A stretch of DNA of 64,000 bases from Brachyspira murdochii (GCA_020722965.1 DYJT01000008.1:28474-92473); one strand, 5' to 3'. Positions 29,018 to 39,196 are shown, numbered from the stretch's first letter. Numbers and translations are program-made. The notes: generated by a model from the sequence alone, not told the origin.

Positions 29018-30274
29018 TTAACCTATAACAAGTTTTCCATATTCTCCATCATAACCCGGAGGATTAAAACTAAAATTATTGCTCTTTACCTTTATCAATG
29101 AATTTTTAACTTCTTTTTCAATATCCATTTCATCTAATAAATGTACCAAATTGTTTTTATCCAACATATAGAAATTACTCTCAAAACCTATTTTTTCTAT
29201 TATTTTTCTATAGGTAAATTCGACTTTTTTAGATTTAATTGAAGATTGTAATGTAATACTGATTATATCGACCAATGGTATTGAATAAAAAAAATTTTGC
29301 TTTCTTTTATTATCATTAGATTTTTGTGAAAGCTTAAATACTCTATATTCAACTCCTGCAATCATCTTTTTATGGCAATATGGGCATATTAAATCTTGCG
29401 GAACCTTATCGGCAGTAAAATAAATTTCCTTATTATCTTTGTGTCTTATCGCTCTATGACCTGTAAGATAATACCTACCATGAGAAGGCATAAATTCTAC
29501 TGAAAATGCCAGTTTTTTGTTTCTTATAGAGTTTATTATACTATGATAATTTAGTTCTTCTATATCTAATGCAAAAAATTCTCTTCCTATCCTATTTAAT
29601 GCTTCACTATGGGCATCAGAATTTGAGATTACAAGATAATTTGATAAGTTTTCGATCCCTAAAATCATATCTGGATCCGCCGATAGACCGGACTCAAGGG
29701 CATTAATCTTATCAGAAAATATTCCAAAGAATTGTCGTAAACTATCTATCGGGTTTTCTCCACCCATCACTCCATCAGGAGTTAAAATATGAGCCGGGAT
29801 AAATTCAATATCCTCGTATTTATCTATTATTCTAAGGAAAAAATCTTCAAGTTCATTTAATGTGGAAAATTTTATAAATGGCCTTCCAATATTAAGTTTA
29901 ACATCGATTTTTTCGCAAATTTTTATAAAATCTTCAACAATTTCAAATGAGGGGAATAATATCAATAGATGAGCTACCTTTCTTTTTTTATTATCAAAAA
30001 AATATGGGGCGGTAATTATCACTTCGGTTTGCAAGATTATCCTTGGTAAAAATGGATTTATATTATCTTTATATTTACTTAAAATAAACAAACCTTTTTC
30101 AGATTCAAATAAAGATTCTTTTAAATATTCCTTCCATCTAGGATGTAGGATATCTGCACTACCATAAAGATTTATTCCCTTTAATGATAAATTTTCATAT
30201 AATTTATCCAGTGAAATTTTACCGACTCCTCCTGAATAACCAGAATGGCAATGAATATCACAATTTAATATCAT
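29018..30274 (-). CDS. PHP-domain phosphoesterase with a Zn-ribbon (COG1379/EndoQ-like)
   Basis: N-terminal PHP motif (DIHCHSGYS). Internal His/Asp metal ligands. CPYCHKK zinc-ribbon-like motif. The ~420 aa size matches the endonuclease Q family. Confidence 0.55.
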   Translation of the reverse strand: MILNCDIHCHSGYSGGVGKISLDKLYENLSLKGINLYGSADILHPRWKEYLKESLFESEKGLFILSKYKDNINPFLPRIILQTEVIITAPYFFDNKKRKVAHLLILFPSFEIVEDFIKICEKIDVKLNIGRPFIKFSTLNELEDFFLRIIDKYEDIEFIPAHILTPDGVMGGENPIDSLRQFFGIFSDKINALESGLSADPDMILGIENLSNYLVISNSDAHSEALNRIGREFFALDIEELNYHSIINSIRNKKLAFSVEFMPSHGRYYLTGHRAIRHKDNKEIYFTADKVPQDLICPYCHKKMIAGVEYRVFKLSQKSNDNKRKQNFFYSIPLVDIISITLQSSIKSKKVEFTYRKIIEKIGFESNFYMLDKNNLVHLLDEMDIEKEVKNSLIKVKSNNFSFNPPGYDGEYGKLVIG

Positions 30275-30366
30275 CTTATTTCGCGCCTTTTTTGTGCTAC
30301 ATTAATTTTTTTTTAATTTTAAGCAAGAAAAACAGCCTTGACTTAGTATTATATTTTTATTAATTT

Positions 30367-30582
30367 TTGCTAGGGGTACACATGAAAAGAGATTGGGTTT
30401 CAATGAATATAATGGAAATTCTTACAATTCATCCAAAAGCGGCAGAAATTCTTGCAAAATATAATGTAGGTTGTCTAGGTTGTTTTGCAGCCAGTGCCGA
30501 AAGTCTTTCTCAAGGTTTATATGCTCATGGTATAGATCCACAAATAGTCGCCAGAGAATTAGACGAAACATTTAATGGATAA
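30367..30582 (+). CDS. DUF1858 small redox-disulfide protein (hybrid-cluster-protein-associated type)
   Basis: 71 aa. CLGCF motif within ...ILAKYNVGCLGCFAASAESLSQG.... Confidence 0.6.
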   Translation: MLGVHMKRDWVSMNIMEILTIHPKAAEILAKYNVGCLGCFAASAESLSQGLYAHGIDPQIVARELDETFNG

Positions 30583-31090
30583 AAATAATTTTCAAAAACA
30601 TGATTATTTTTCTTTTTCAAACAAATTACTGTATAATATTTTAAATAATTGGATTTTAATATCAGCAGGTAATTTAACAAAATATAATATGATGACCGCA
30701 AGTTGGGCTACTTTTGGTATTTTGTGGAATAAACCAATTGCTCAAGTTTTTATTCGTCCATCTAGGTATACTTATGATTTTATAGATGAAAATGAATTTT
30801 TCTCTATCTGTTTTTTTAATGATTCCTATAAGGATATTTTAGCTTTATTGGGATCAAAGAGTGGGAAAAACTTCAATAAAATGAAGATACAAGGATTAAA
30901 TCCAATTGATTATGAAAATAAAACAATTTATTTTGAACAATCCGAACAGGTTTTAATATTAAAGAAAATCTATAAGACCAAATTCGATGGTAACGATATA
31001 GATAAGGATGTCAAATCTTTATTCTACCCAGACAATAAAGATTTTCATTTCATATTCTATGGTCAAATAGTAAATTATCTAACAAAATAA
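30575..31090 (+). CDS. Flavin reductase-like FMN-binding split-barrel protein (flavoredoxin-like)
   Basis: 171 aa. The block NMMTASWATFGILWNKPIAQVFIRPSRYTYDFI is typical of this family. Overlaps the upstream DUF1858 gene by 8 nt. Confidence 0.6.
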   Translation: MDKNNFQKHDYFSFSNKLLYNILNNWILISAGNLTKYNMMTASWATFGILWNKPIAQVFIRPSRYTYDFIDENEFFSICFFNDSYKDILALLGSKSGKNFNKMKIQGLNPIDYENKTIYFEQSEQVLILKKIYKTKFDGNDIDKDVKSLFYPDNKDFHFIFYGQIVNYLTK

Positions 31091-31098
31091 AATTAATA

Positions 31099-31128
31099 AT
31101 GCCAGAGTTCCCTCTGGCATTATTTTTT
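31099..31128. terminator. Bidirectional rho-independent terminator between convergent genes
   Basis: Hairpin ATGCCAGAGTTCCCTCTGGCAT followed by TTTTTT. Confidence 0.55.
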
Positions 31129-31131
31129 ATC

Positions 31132-32127
31132 TTACTTTTGCATCAATTCATCGAGCAGATAGGGTCTTTGGGAGAAAAAGGATTTCAATGTCGTCATAGT
31201 TATGGTGAAGATCTCTTTTGTGCTATCATTTATTGCGTAAAAAAGTTCTTGAACATCATCTGGGGATTTTTCCTTTTTAAAAATCGAACATTTAATCGAT
31301 TGCCCATTTTTTAAAACTATTATAATCTCGTATTCTACATTGTAATTTTTTGGCATTTCATCCAATACATCTACAGCACTCAAGTAAAATAATCTATCGA
31401 CAATTGACTTGATGGATTCATCTGGTATGAGTAATTTTGAAGCCTTAGGATTATAAGATGCAGTAAAATAGTATTTTTGTCCATCGAGTTCTATAATATT
31501 TTCATCTTTTGTAAGGTTATTGATGAATTTTATTAAAGCTATATCATCTCTGTTAATATTTGAGAAGATCTGTTTATTCCTGAGCTGATTGGCATTAAAA
31601 TCAATTAATTGAATAGCATCCAAAGTTATTACATAAATATATGGTTTATCAATAACTTTTAAATATATTCCATCATTTGATGGGATATTTTTCCCAAAAA
31701 TAATTCCGGTTTTAATCTGTTTACCATTTTCAAAATATTCGAAAATAAAAGTTTTCTGAGGATTATCAAGCCCAAAATGACTAAGAGAAAGATCAGACTC
31801 TATTTCAAATTTATCTTTATAATATAACTGTTGAAACCCGATTAGATATGACTGTATTATGGAATTGTCCGTTATATATTTTTGGGGTGATATAAATTCC
31901 CAATTATTATCAATTTTTTGAAGCTCGAATTTACTGTTTCCTATAGCATCTTCGACAAATATTTTGTTTATTAAGTCTGGATTAAAATTTTCAAAAACAT
32001 TATAAGAGATAGTTTTACTTTTTTTTGATTCAATCAATTTACTTATCCCTTTATATGAGAAGAAAATTATCAAGATTGCTGCCAATATGATAAGTAATAT
32101 TATTATCTGTTTATCTGAGCTCTTCAT
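31132..32127 (-). CDS. DUF4340-like protein associated with a GldG-type ABC transporter
   Basis: 331 aa with an N-terminal TM anchor. Last gene of the ABC-ATPase/ABC-2/GldG-like operon on the minus strand. Confidence 0.5.
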   Translation of the reverse strand: MKSSDKQIIILLIILAAILIIFFSYKGISKLIESKKSKTISYNVFENFNPDLINKIFVEDAIGNSKFELQKIDNNWEFISPQKYITDNSIIQSYLIGFQQLYYKDKFEIESDLSLSHFGLDNPQKTFIFEYFENGKQIKTGIIFGKNIPSNDGIYLKVIDKPYIYVITLDAIQLIDFNANQLRNKQIFSNINRDDIALIKFINNLTKDENIIELDGQKYYFTASYNPKASKLLIPDESIKSIVDRLFYLSAVDVLDEMPKNYNVEYEIIIVLKNGQSIKCSIFKKEKSPDDVQELFYAINDSTKEIFTITMTTLKSFFSQRPYLLDELMQK

Positions 32128-32129
32128 CT

Positions 32130-33836
32130 TTATCCCCTACTTTTTTCCTTGTATTTTCGTATTACCCTTATAGCGACAACAATCAAAATTATCAAGACCT
32201 CCAAAAAAACAAAACAGGTTAAGGATATTAATTTTTGAGATTTTGCGGATAAGTTTACTTTATTAGATTCAAGATCTTTTCCAGGAATATTTAATAGTGT
32301 ATAATCTTCAACAAGATAATTTATGCTATTTTCAAATAAGAGAAGATTTCCTATTGAATTACCATATTTTAATATCTTATTCGAGAAAATATCTGAATCA
32401 CAGAAAATTATTCCTATAGGTTGATTACCTCCATTTTTGTTTTTATTTTTAAGAGATTCAATTACAAAACCAAGGTGTTTCACACCTTTTTTTTCTCTTT
32501 TTGCATCAAAAGAAGGTTGTGCATTAAAATCGTAATCTTTTGCAACATCATTCCAGGAAGATTCAAATGTTTTTCCGATTGATACTATCGAAAACTCTTC
32601 TGATTTAGGAGTATCTGGATTAATTATTAAAGGCGCAGCAGTGTTTATAAGTATTGGTTTATTATATTCCTGAACTTTTTGTGTAATATTATGATATGAA
32701 AGCTGAGTGACAGGATAAAAGTTTCCTAAACTGTAATAAAAGTTTTGATCGTCGACGACTACACCCTCTTGCTGAATTATATCGTATTTTTTTAAGATCT
32801 TACTAACAATATTTACATTAGAATCAAAATCTGCCATAAGGACAAATTTTCCACCATTATTTATATAATCTTCAATTATTTTAATTTCCTGATCTGAATA
32901 ATTCTCTTTAGGGGCTGCAATAATTACAACAGATGCATCTTCCGGAATTTTGCCTTTTTCTAAAAGATTTATATTTATAACCTGCCTATCAATTTTATCT
33001 AAATATTCGCTTATGGTTGAAAAACCCTGTTCTTGATAATCATTTGTATATTTTTCCTTATGACCAAGAACAAAATATATCTTTTTACCTTCGGCAGAGA
33101 TTAAATATCTTATTGCCGAAGATATAATTTTTTCAGCTATAAAAAGTTGTTTACCCTCAGAAGTTTCTGTTGGAGCCTGGGTAATTTCATAGAATTCATA
33201 AGTTGAAAGTTTTTTATTTCTATCATTATAAGATATATGTACTGTTCCGTCCTCATTTATTCCATATTTTAAGGCTAAATCTGGTCTTTTGACTGGATCA
33301 ATAATTTCAAGTTTTACCTTATCAGAGTATTTTTTGTACTTACCTAAAATAGTCTGAATTATTTTACCTTCTTTTGAATCTAATTTCTCACTTGTTACGA
33401 AATATAAAATGGTAAGATCCTGTTTTAAACTCTTTACTAATTCCTTTGATTCATTAGAAATAGAATAAACTTTAGATGTAGTTAAATCTAACTTTGGTAG
33501 TTTCCCGTTAAGAATAGCCATCAAAATGATAACGATAATTAATACAATGATTATTCTAAGACCAACAGAAATACCTTCTGATCTTATCTTATCTCTTTTT
33601 AATTCTTTAATAGATTCTTTAAATATTTCTGGATTCAAGATAAAATATAAGATTATTCCAAGAAAACCAAAGGCTGAACCTATTAAAAAGATTTTTTTCG
33701 AAGTAACCCATGAAACTATGAGAAAGGCTATGACTATGGCTGATGATATCCAGAAGATAATTTCTGATACTAATTTATTTTTCTTAAGTTTATAATATAT
33801 ATTTAAAATTTTATCGAATAATTTGCTCATATTCAC
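32130..33836 (-). CDS. GldG-like ABC-transporter accessory protein (ABC-type uncharacterised transport system)
   Basis: 568 aa with N- and C-terminal TM segments and a large extracytoplasmic domain. Lies in an operon with the ABC-2 permease and ATPase. Confidence 0.6.
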   Translation of the reverse strand: MNMSKLFDKILNIYYKLKKNKLVSEIIFWISSAIVIAFLIVSWVTSKKIFLIGSAFGFLGIILYFILNPEIFKESIKELKRDKIRSEGISVGLRIIIVLIIVIILMAILNGKLPKLDLTTSKVYSISNESKELVKSLKQDLTILYFVTSEKLDSKEGKIIQTILGKYKKYSDKVKLEIIDPVKRPDLALKYGINEDGTVHISYNDRNKKLSTYEFYEITQAPTETSEGKQLFIAEKIISSAIRYLISAEGKKIYFVLGHKEKYTNDYQEQGFSTISEYLDKIDRQVININLLEKGKIPEDASVVIIAAPKENYSDQEIKIIEDYINNGGKFVLMADFDSNVNIVSKILKKYDIIQQEGVVVDDQNFYYSLGNFYPVTQLSYHNITQKVQEYNKPILINTAAPLIINPDTPKSEEFSIVSIGKTFESSWNDVAKDYDFNAQPSFDAKREKKGVKHLGFVIESLKNKNKNGGNQPIGIIFCDSDIFSNKILKYGNSIGNLLLFENSINYLVEDYTLLNIPGKDLESNKVNLSAKSQKLISLTCFVFLEVLIILIVVAIRVIRKYKEKSRG

Positions 33837-33841
33837 CTCTT

Positions 33842-34552
33842 TTACTTTTTAGATTCAATTAAAGTGATGTTTATATAGATAAGAACACCTATAAAAAGAA
33901 CAAAATATAGTATAGCATTAAAATCGAGTAATCCTTTAGAAAGGCTTGCTAGATGTTCCTGATAAGATAGATTGGAAATTATGTCTTTGAAAAATTGTTT
34001 ATAAACAAAATTTTTAAGCCAATCTATTAGGGAGATAAACAAAAGAACTACCCAGGAAATTGTAGTGGCTATAACCTGATTGTTCGAGATATAGGAAATT
34101 AAAAGACTAACAGTTGTAAATAAAACTACTAATAAGATATAAGCGAAAATAGAAAATATAAGAGGAAGAAGATCTGGTTTACCAACAACAAAGAGTATAA
34201 TTGTATAAATAATAATTGGGCTTATCAATATGAGTGAAAAAAGATTATATGCTATAAACTTACCAAAATATATCTGCTGATCACTGACAGGGCTTGTGTA
34301 TAAAAGCTCAAGGGTATTGTTCCTTCTTTCTTCGACAAATGCTCGGGATGTAATAATAGGTATTGAAAGAGCCAAAATAATTATCATGTTAGGAATATAA
34401 CCTTCTAAACTTGCAATTTGAGCACCTACTAAAAAAGCATAGAAAAAAAAGCCACTCAACTCAAAAAATACAAATAATATTATTGGTGCTATAATTGAGT
34501 TTAAAAATATTGAATTCAAATCTCTTTTTGCCAAAAGCCAACTCATTTTCAT
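33842..34552 (-). CDS. ABC-2 type transporter permease (GldF-like)
   Basis: 236 aa, about six TM helices. Confidence 0.65.
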   Translation of the reverse strand: MKMSWLLAKRDLNSIFLNSIIAPIILFVFFELSGFFFYAFLVGAQIASLEGYIPNMIIILALSIPIITSRAFVEERRNNTLELLYTSPVSDQQIYFGKFIAYNLFSLILISPIIIYTIILFVVGKPDLLPLIFSIFAYILLVVLFTTVSLLISYISNNQVIATTISWVVLLFISLIDWLKNFVYKQFFKDIISNLSYQEHLASLSKGLLDFNAILYFVLFIGVLIYINITLIESKK

Positions 34553-34553
34553 A

Positions 34554-35498
34554 TTATTCTTCCCCTTTTATAAGTTTTGCAAATATTTCTTCCAGAGAAA
34601 GCTCATGTTCTCTTATTTCAAGAATTGAAAAACCCTTTTCTATAATCATTCTGGTTATGTTAGATTGAACCGAAGGGAGATCTTCTGTTCTAATCATATA
34701 TTCATTTCCCTTTTTTTCGCAACTCTTAACATGAGGTATTGTATAAATATGATTAGATATATCACTCTCTTCCACTATTTTTAGTGAAAATAATCTATCT
34801 GGTTGTAATTCTCTTCTCAAATTATCTGCAGTATCTACTGCTATTATTTCACCTCTATTTAATATTATTACCCTGGAACATACTTCTTCAATTTCTGCTA
34901 AGATATGCGAAGAAAGAATTATAGTCTTCTCCTTCCCTATCTCTTTAATAAGGTTTCTAATCTCTATAATTTGGATTGGATCCAGCCCAATAGTAGGCTC
35001 ATCAAGTATTATTACCTTTGGATCATGTACTAAGGTGGCGGCTATACCAACTCTTTGCTTTAATCCTTTAGATAGTGTTTTTATCTTGCTGTAATATTTT
35101 TCCTGCAAACTTGTTTTTGTTACAACATAATCTATCCTTTCTTGTAACAAATTTGAGGGTAATCCATTGAGTTTTGCCACGAATTTTAAATAATCTACAA
35201 CTGGCATTTCAGGATATAAAGGTGGATTTTCAGGCAGATAACCAAGTAGTGCCTTTGCCTTCTTTGGTTCTTCGTCCATCATATAATTACCAATCTTAAC
35301 TGAGCCGGTATTTGGAAGGAAATAACCAGTAATTACTCTCATAGCCGTAGTTTTCCCTGCTCCATTAGGACCCAAAAAACCAACTATTTCACTTTCACTT
35401 ATTGAAAAAGAAATATCTTTAAGCGCTTGAAAGTTGCCATACCATTTGGAAACATTTTTTACTTCTATCATGAAAAGATCCTCCTTAATTTTTACCAA
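34554..35498 (-). CDS. ABC transporter ATP-binding protein
   Basis: Walker A (GPNGAGKTT), signature (LSKGLKQRVGIA) and Walker B (ILDEPTIGLD). Confidence 0.9.
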   Translation of the reverse strand: MVKIKEDLFMIEVKNVSKWYGNFQALKDISFSISESEIVGFLGPNGAGKTTAMRVITGYFLPNTGSVKIGNYMMDEEPKKAKALLGYLPENPPLYPEMPVVDYLKFVAKLNGLPSNLLQERIDYVVTKTSLQEKYYSKIKTLSKGLKQRVGIAATLVHDPKVIILDEPTIGLDPIQIIEIRNLIKEIGKEKTIILSSHILAEIEEVCSRVIILNRGEIIAVDTADNLRRELQPDRLFSLKIVEESDISNHIYTIPHVKSCEKKGNEYMIRTEDLPSVQSNITRMIIEKGFSILEIREHELSLEEIFAKLIKGEE

Positions 35499-36541
35499 CT
35501 TCTTTTTTTCTTCTTTTTATTTATCTTTTGCATTTGTACCATTTTTTTAATCTTTTCTTTCTCTTTTTCTTTTCTTTTCTCTTCTTCTAACTTGTTTAAA
35601 ACTCCTTCTTGTTCTCTTTTTTTCTCTATCTTATTCTTATTTTTATCTAAAAATCTTTTATATCTAATTTCAAAATAATCTTTTTTTTGGGCAAGATAAA
35701 GCATAGGTAATGCAATTAAAATCATTATCAGACATAAAATTTGGCCCATAGTCAAACCACCAAGGACAAATCCATTTTTGATTAACCAACCAGCATATTT
35801 ATCTGGTTCTCGAGTGTATTCAATTAAAAATCTAAAAAATCCATAGCCTAATATAAAAAGCCAGAAGATAAATCCTGTTTTAAGTTTTTTAGATTTTCTA
35901 TTCGCTTTTTCGAGAAAAAACAGAATTAAAAATAAAATCAATCCCTCAAAAAGTGCTTCATAAAGCTGTGAAGGATGACGGGCAACAAGATTTTGAGGAA
36001 TATCGGAATTTGGGAAAATCATTCCCCAGGGTAAATTAGTTGGTCTACCCCAGAGTTCACCATTTATGAAATTACCCAATCTCCCAAAGAAAAGACCAAG
36101 TGGTGCAATTACAACTGAAGCGTCTGCTACCTTATAAAAATTAAGGAATCTGTATCGCATTAAAAGAGCACTTGCCACAAGAACCCCAATTAATCCACCA
36201 TGAAAAGATAGACCACCACCTCTAATATTTATAATATTCCATAGAACATTTAAGATTGCGGAAATTCCTTTTTTACCTGGTTCGGCTTTAAATATGGATA
36301 CTGGATCATATAAAAGTATAAAAAACAATCTAGCACCTATCAATATGCCGATTGCTACCCATAGTATAACCTCCCATTCAAAATCAATAGGGGGGTTAAC
36401 AGATTCTATAAAATCTTTCATCTTATATCTTTTTGATAAATAGATTAGAGCTATAACAAGACCAATGACATACATAAAACCATACCATCGAATCTCAAAT
36501 GGACCAATGGTAAAAATAGCAGGATTAATATTAACGGTCAT
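35492..36541 (-). CDS. lgt: Prolipoprotein diacylglyceryl transferase with a ~70 aa Lys/Glu-rich C-terminal tail
   Basis: Lgt blocks (GPFEIRWYGFMYVIG, GGLSFHGGLIG, GRLGNFINGELWGRPT). The tail KRFLDKNKNKIEKKREQEGVLNKLEEEKRKEKEKEKIKK... is an extension. Confidence 0.85.
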   Translation of the reverse strand: MTVNINPAIFTIGPFEIRWYGFMYVIGLVIALIYLSKRYKMKDFIESVNPPIDFEWEVILWVAIGILIGARLFFILLYDPVSIFKAEPGKKGISAILNVLWNIINIRGGGLSFHGGLIGVLVASALLMRYRFLNFYKVADASVVIAPLGLFFGRLGNFINGELWGRPTNLPWGMIFPNSDIPQNLVARHPSQLYEALFEGLILFLILFFLEKANRKSKKLKTGFIFWLFILGYGFFRFLIEYTREPDKYAGWLIKNGFVLGGLTMGQILCLIMILIALPMLYLAQKKDYFEIRYKRFLDKNKNKIEKKREQEGVLNKLEEEKRKEKEKEKIKKMVQMQKINKKKKKRSW

Positions 36542-36617
36542 TAGACATCCTCCATTAATTACTTTCTTACTAAAAATTTACCATTTATGTTTATTTATGC
36601 AATATAAAAGTAATTAA

Positions 36618-36720
36618 ATTTACATGTATATTAATTTTACATAGTATATTATTTTTACATAGTATATTTTTTTTACATAGTATATCATTTATACCTTTTG
36701 GATTTTTTACATCATATTTA
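36618..36720. repeat. Tandem direct repeats (3 perfect 18-bp units TACATAGTATATnnTTTT, plus 2 degenerate flanking copies) in the lgt/hsp20 divergent intergenic region
   Basis: TACATAGTATAT begins at 36638, 36656 and 36674, an exact 18-bp period. Variant copies are TACATGTATAT at 36622 and TACATCATAT at 36708. Confidence 0.75.
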
Positions 36721-36865
36721 ATTTATATCTAACAACGCCTTCTTCTTGCATTATTCGCAAAATATTTACCCTATTTTGATATCTTTAATTTTGATAATTT
36801 TTTGATATTTTTTGGCATAATAATTGCATTGTTACATATGAAGAAACAAAAATTAGGAGGAAAAT

Positions 36866-37306
36866 ATGAAAAGAAACGATTTAGTATTTTTAAAAAATCA
36901 TGATCCCTTTGAATTGATCGAAAAAGATCTAGATGATTTATGGCTTTTTCCATTTTTGAGATATCCATCTGATACTATAAAATTTGGAGCTCTTGATATT
37001 TCTGAAGACGAGAATAATTATTATGTTGAAACAGATCTACCTGGCTTTTCAAAAGATCAAATTTCTGTTAAAGTTGAAAAAGATCTTCTTACAATATCTG
37101 CTTCGATCGAAAAAGAGGAAGAAAAAAAGGATAAGAAATACTACAAAAAAGAAAGAGCAAGCAGAAGTTGCACCAGAAAAATTAATCTTCCCGAAAATGT
37201 AGACATAACAAACATAGGTGCAAAATATGAAAATGGTGTATTGATTTTAACATTACCAAAAAAGGAACCAGAAAAATCCGAAAATATCGAGATTAAGATC
37301 CAATAA
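36866..37306 (+). CDS. Small heat-shock protein (Hsp20/alpha-crystallin family)
   Basis: 146 aa with an alpha-crystallin domain (DISEDENNYYVETDLPGFSKDQISVKVEKDLLTISA ... GAKYENGVLILTLPK). RBS AGGAGG lies upstream. Confidence 0.85.
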   Translation: MKRNDLVFLKNHDPFELIEKDLDDLWLFPFLRYPSDTIKFGALDISEDENNYYVETDLPGFSKDQISVKVEKDLLTISASIEKEEEKKDKKYYKKERASRSCTRKINLPENVDITNIGAKYENGVLILTLPKKEPEKSENIEIKIQ

Positions 37307-37315
37307 TAAAAAAGA

Positions 37316-37350
37316 AGGGGTTGTCCATCAACTTGAGGACAACCCCAATT
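37316..37350. terminator. Bidirectional rho-independent terminator between hsp20 and kce
   Basis: GGGGTTGTCC-loop-GGACAACCCC followed by AATTTTTT. Confidence 0.6.
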
Positions 37351-37352
37351 TT

Positions 37353-38174
37353 TTAATCGATTCCTAAAATCTTTCTTGTTTCATCGGCTGTTGCGACTTC
37401 CCTTCCCAGTTCTTTAGCTATTCTAACTATTCTTTCAACCAATTCTGCATTTGTTTTAGCCAGAACACCTTTTGAATAATAGATATTATCTTCAAAACCA
37501 ACCCTGACATTTCCGCCCATTGTAATTGCGTTTACCGCTAATGGTAATTCGAATCTACCTATTCCTGCTACTGTCCAAGTTGCATCTAATGGCAGGAGTT
37601 CTGTCATATAAAGAAGATTTTTAACAGAACCATTTAATGCTCCTGGTACCCCAAGGACTATATCAAAGTGCATATGTTTTGGGAGTAATCCCTCTTTTTT
37701 TAAAATTAATGCGTTTTGTATATGACCTGGTTCAAAACATTCTAACTCCGGTAAGATATTATGTTTTATCATTGTTTTAGCGAAATTTCTCATAAGTGGA
37801 AGGTCATTGACAAAAATATCGTCACCAAAATTAGTAGTTCCGCAATCGAGTGTGGCCATTTCTGGTTTTAGCTCTGCTACTGCAATTCTTTCCTGCCATT
37901 TCATTCCAACTGCTCCACCAGTCGATGGCTGGATTATTGGACCTTTTCCTGGTATTTTTGCTCTAATTGCATCGATTGCCTTTTTAAAAACATTTATATC
38001 CTGTGTAGGAGTTCCATCGTCTAATCTAACATGAAGATGTATTATAGATGCACCTGCGTCATAACATCTTTTAGCTTCCTGGGCAATCTCTTCTGCTGTG
38101 TATGGAACATTGGGATTTTCTTTTTTTGTAACTTCAGCACCGCATATAGCTGCAGTAATAATCAATTTTTCCAT
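37353..38174 (-). CDS. kce: 3-keto-5-aminohexanoate cleavage enzyme (BKACE/DUF849 family), lysine fermentation
   Basis: 273 aa. N-terminus (MEKLIITAAICGAEVTKKENPNVPYTAEEIAQEAKRCYDAGASIIHLHVR) and overall length are typical of Kce. Confidence 0.75.
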   Translation of the reverse strand: MEKLIITAAICGAEVTKKENPNVPYTAEEIAQEAKRCYDAGASIIHLHVRLDDGTPTQDINVFKKAIDAIRAKIPGKGPIIQPSTGGAVGMKWQERIAVAELKPEMATLDCGTTNFGDDIFVNDLPLMRNFAKTMIKHNILPELECFEPGHIQNALILKKEGLLPKHMHFDIVLGVPGALNGSVKNLLYMTELLPLDATWTVAGIGRFELPLAVNAITMGGNVRVGFEDNIYYSKGVLAKTNAELVERIVRIAKELGREVATADETRKILGID

Positions 38175-38179
38175 ATTTT

Positions 38180-38653
38180 TTAAACCTTTTTCTTCCTTTG
38201 TTTATCTTTTGGTACAACACAAACTCCCTCGGCTTTACAGACCAAAATTGGACTTTCAAGTATATCACATGCAGAAACATTGTCCGGGATATTAGCACTG
38301 GTAATAACCTTAAAAGCAGCAAATTCCATCTTTCTAGATGTATTTCCTTTTGAAACTATTCTCCCATATGCTTCTATATAATCACCCGCATAAACAGGTG
38401 CTAAAAATTCGACAGATGTATAGGCTCTAAATAAACCTTCATCACCATCTTCTCTTATCAATAATTCTGTTGCAACATCACCAAAAATGTTAAGAACCTT
38501 TGCCCCATCTACAAGATTTCCAGCATAATGAGCATCATGTAAACTCATTCTTACTCTGATTAAAACATCCCAATTTTTAGGGTTATAGATAGTCATATCA
38601 TTTTCCATGCTTACCCCTTTAATACTTATATTATTCTTCTCCCAGCTCATCAT
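38180..38653 (-). CDS. kal: Probable 3-aminobutyryl-CoA ammonia-lyase (hot-dog fold), lysine fermentation
   Basis: 157 aa protein immediately upstream of kce. Size and thioesterase-like character fit Kal. The assignment rests mainly on size and context. Confidence 0.5.
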   Translation of the reverse strand: MMSWEKNNISIKGVSMENDMTIYNPKNWDVLIRVRMSLHDAHYAGNLVDGAKVLNIFGDVATELLIREDGDEGLFRAYTSVEFLAPVYAGDYIEAYGRIVSKGNTSRKMEFAAFKVITSANIPDNVSACDILESPILVCKAEGVCVVPKDKQRKKKV

Positions 38654-39182
38654 ACAATTTTTGTAATATCAATTTTGAAAACTCGATTCTAGATTTACAA
38701 TATTCTTTTGCACTATCAAGAGCAAAAGAATTTTCGGCATTTTCTAAGAATTCCTTGTAATTTTGATAAATTTCTTCAATTTTACTTGATCTATCCCAGA
38801 AAAAAGAACCAACAGAAAATCTTGAAAACCCAACAGCACCTAAATTATCTGTTATAATTGCATCATGTAAAAGTTTTCCTTCTATACTCTGAGGTTTATC
38901 ATTCAAATCAGAGTAAAGTATCGCATCTGTAACTTTTTGAATCTTTTCAACTGGGAATCCAGTTTCAGATAATATTTGTGATGCTCTTTCTGCCGAATCT
39001 TCTTTGGAATTTTTACCTAAGATTATCTTGTAAAGAAAGCATGCGGCATGTAAAACCTGGTCATCATAATTGTCACCAAATTTCTTGGCATAAAAGTATA
39101 CTCTTGAAAGATGGTCAAAAGAAAAAGCCAATCTTCCAGTAGTCAAATCTTTCGCGTATTGTTCGATAATAGATCTCATCAT
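38631..39182 (-). CDS. HD-domain phosphohydrolase
   Basis: 183 aa with an H...HD...D pattern (FDHLSRV ... [10 protein letters not shown]). Overlaps the kal start. Confidence 0.55.
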   Translation of the reverse strand: MMRSIIEQYAKDLTTGRLAFSFDHLSRVYFYAKKFGDNYDDQVLHAACFLYKIILGKNSKEDSAERASQILSETGFPVEKIQKVTDAILYSDLNDKPQSIEGKLLHDAIITDNLGAVGFSRFSVGSFFWDRSSKIEEIYQNYKEFLENAENSFALDSAKEYCKSRIEFSKLILQKLYDELGEE

Positions 39183-39196
39183 CTCACCTTATGATT

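Noticed and set aside
27841-30274. Functional coupling of the CitX-like gene and the PHP-domain gene as one system
   Set aside because: They are on the same strand but separated by an opposite-strand secreted-protein gene, and have unrelated predicted biochemistry. The adjacency is most likely coincidental.
36618-36720. CRISPR array interpretation of the 18-bp tandem repeats
   Set aside because: The repeats are directly abutting 18-bp units with no unique spacers, the units are far shorter than CRISPR repeats, and no cas genes are nearby. I kept this as a repeat/operator candidate instead.
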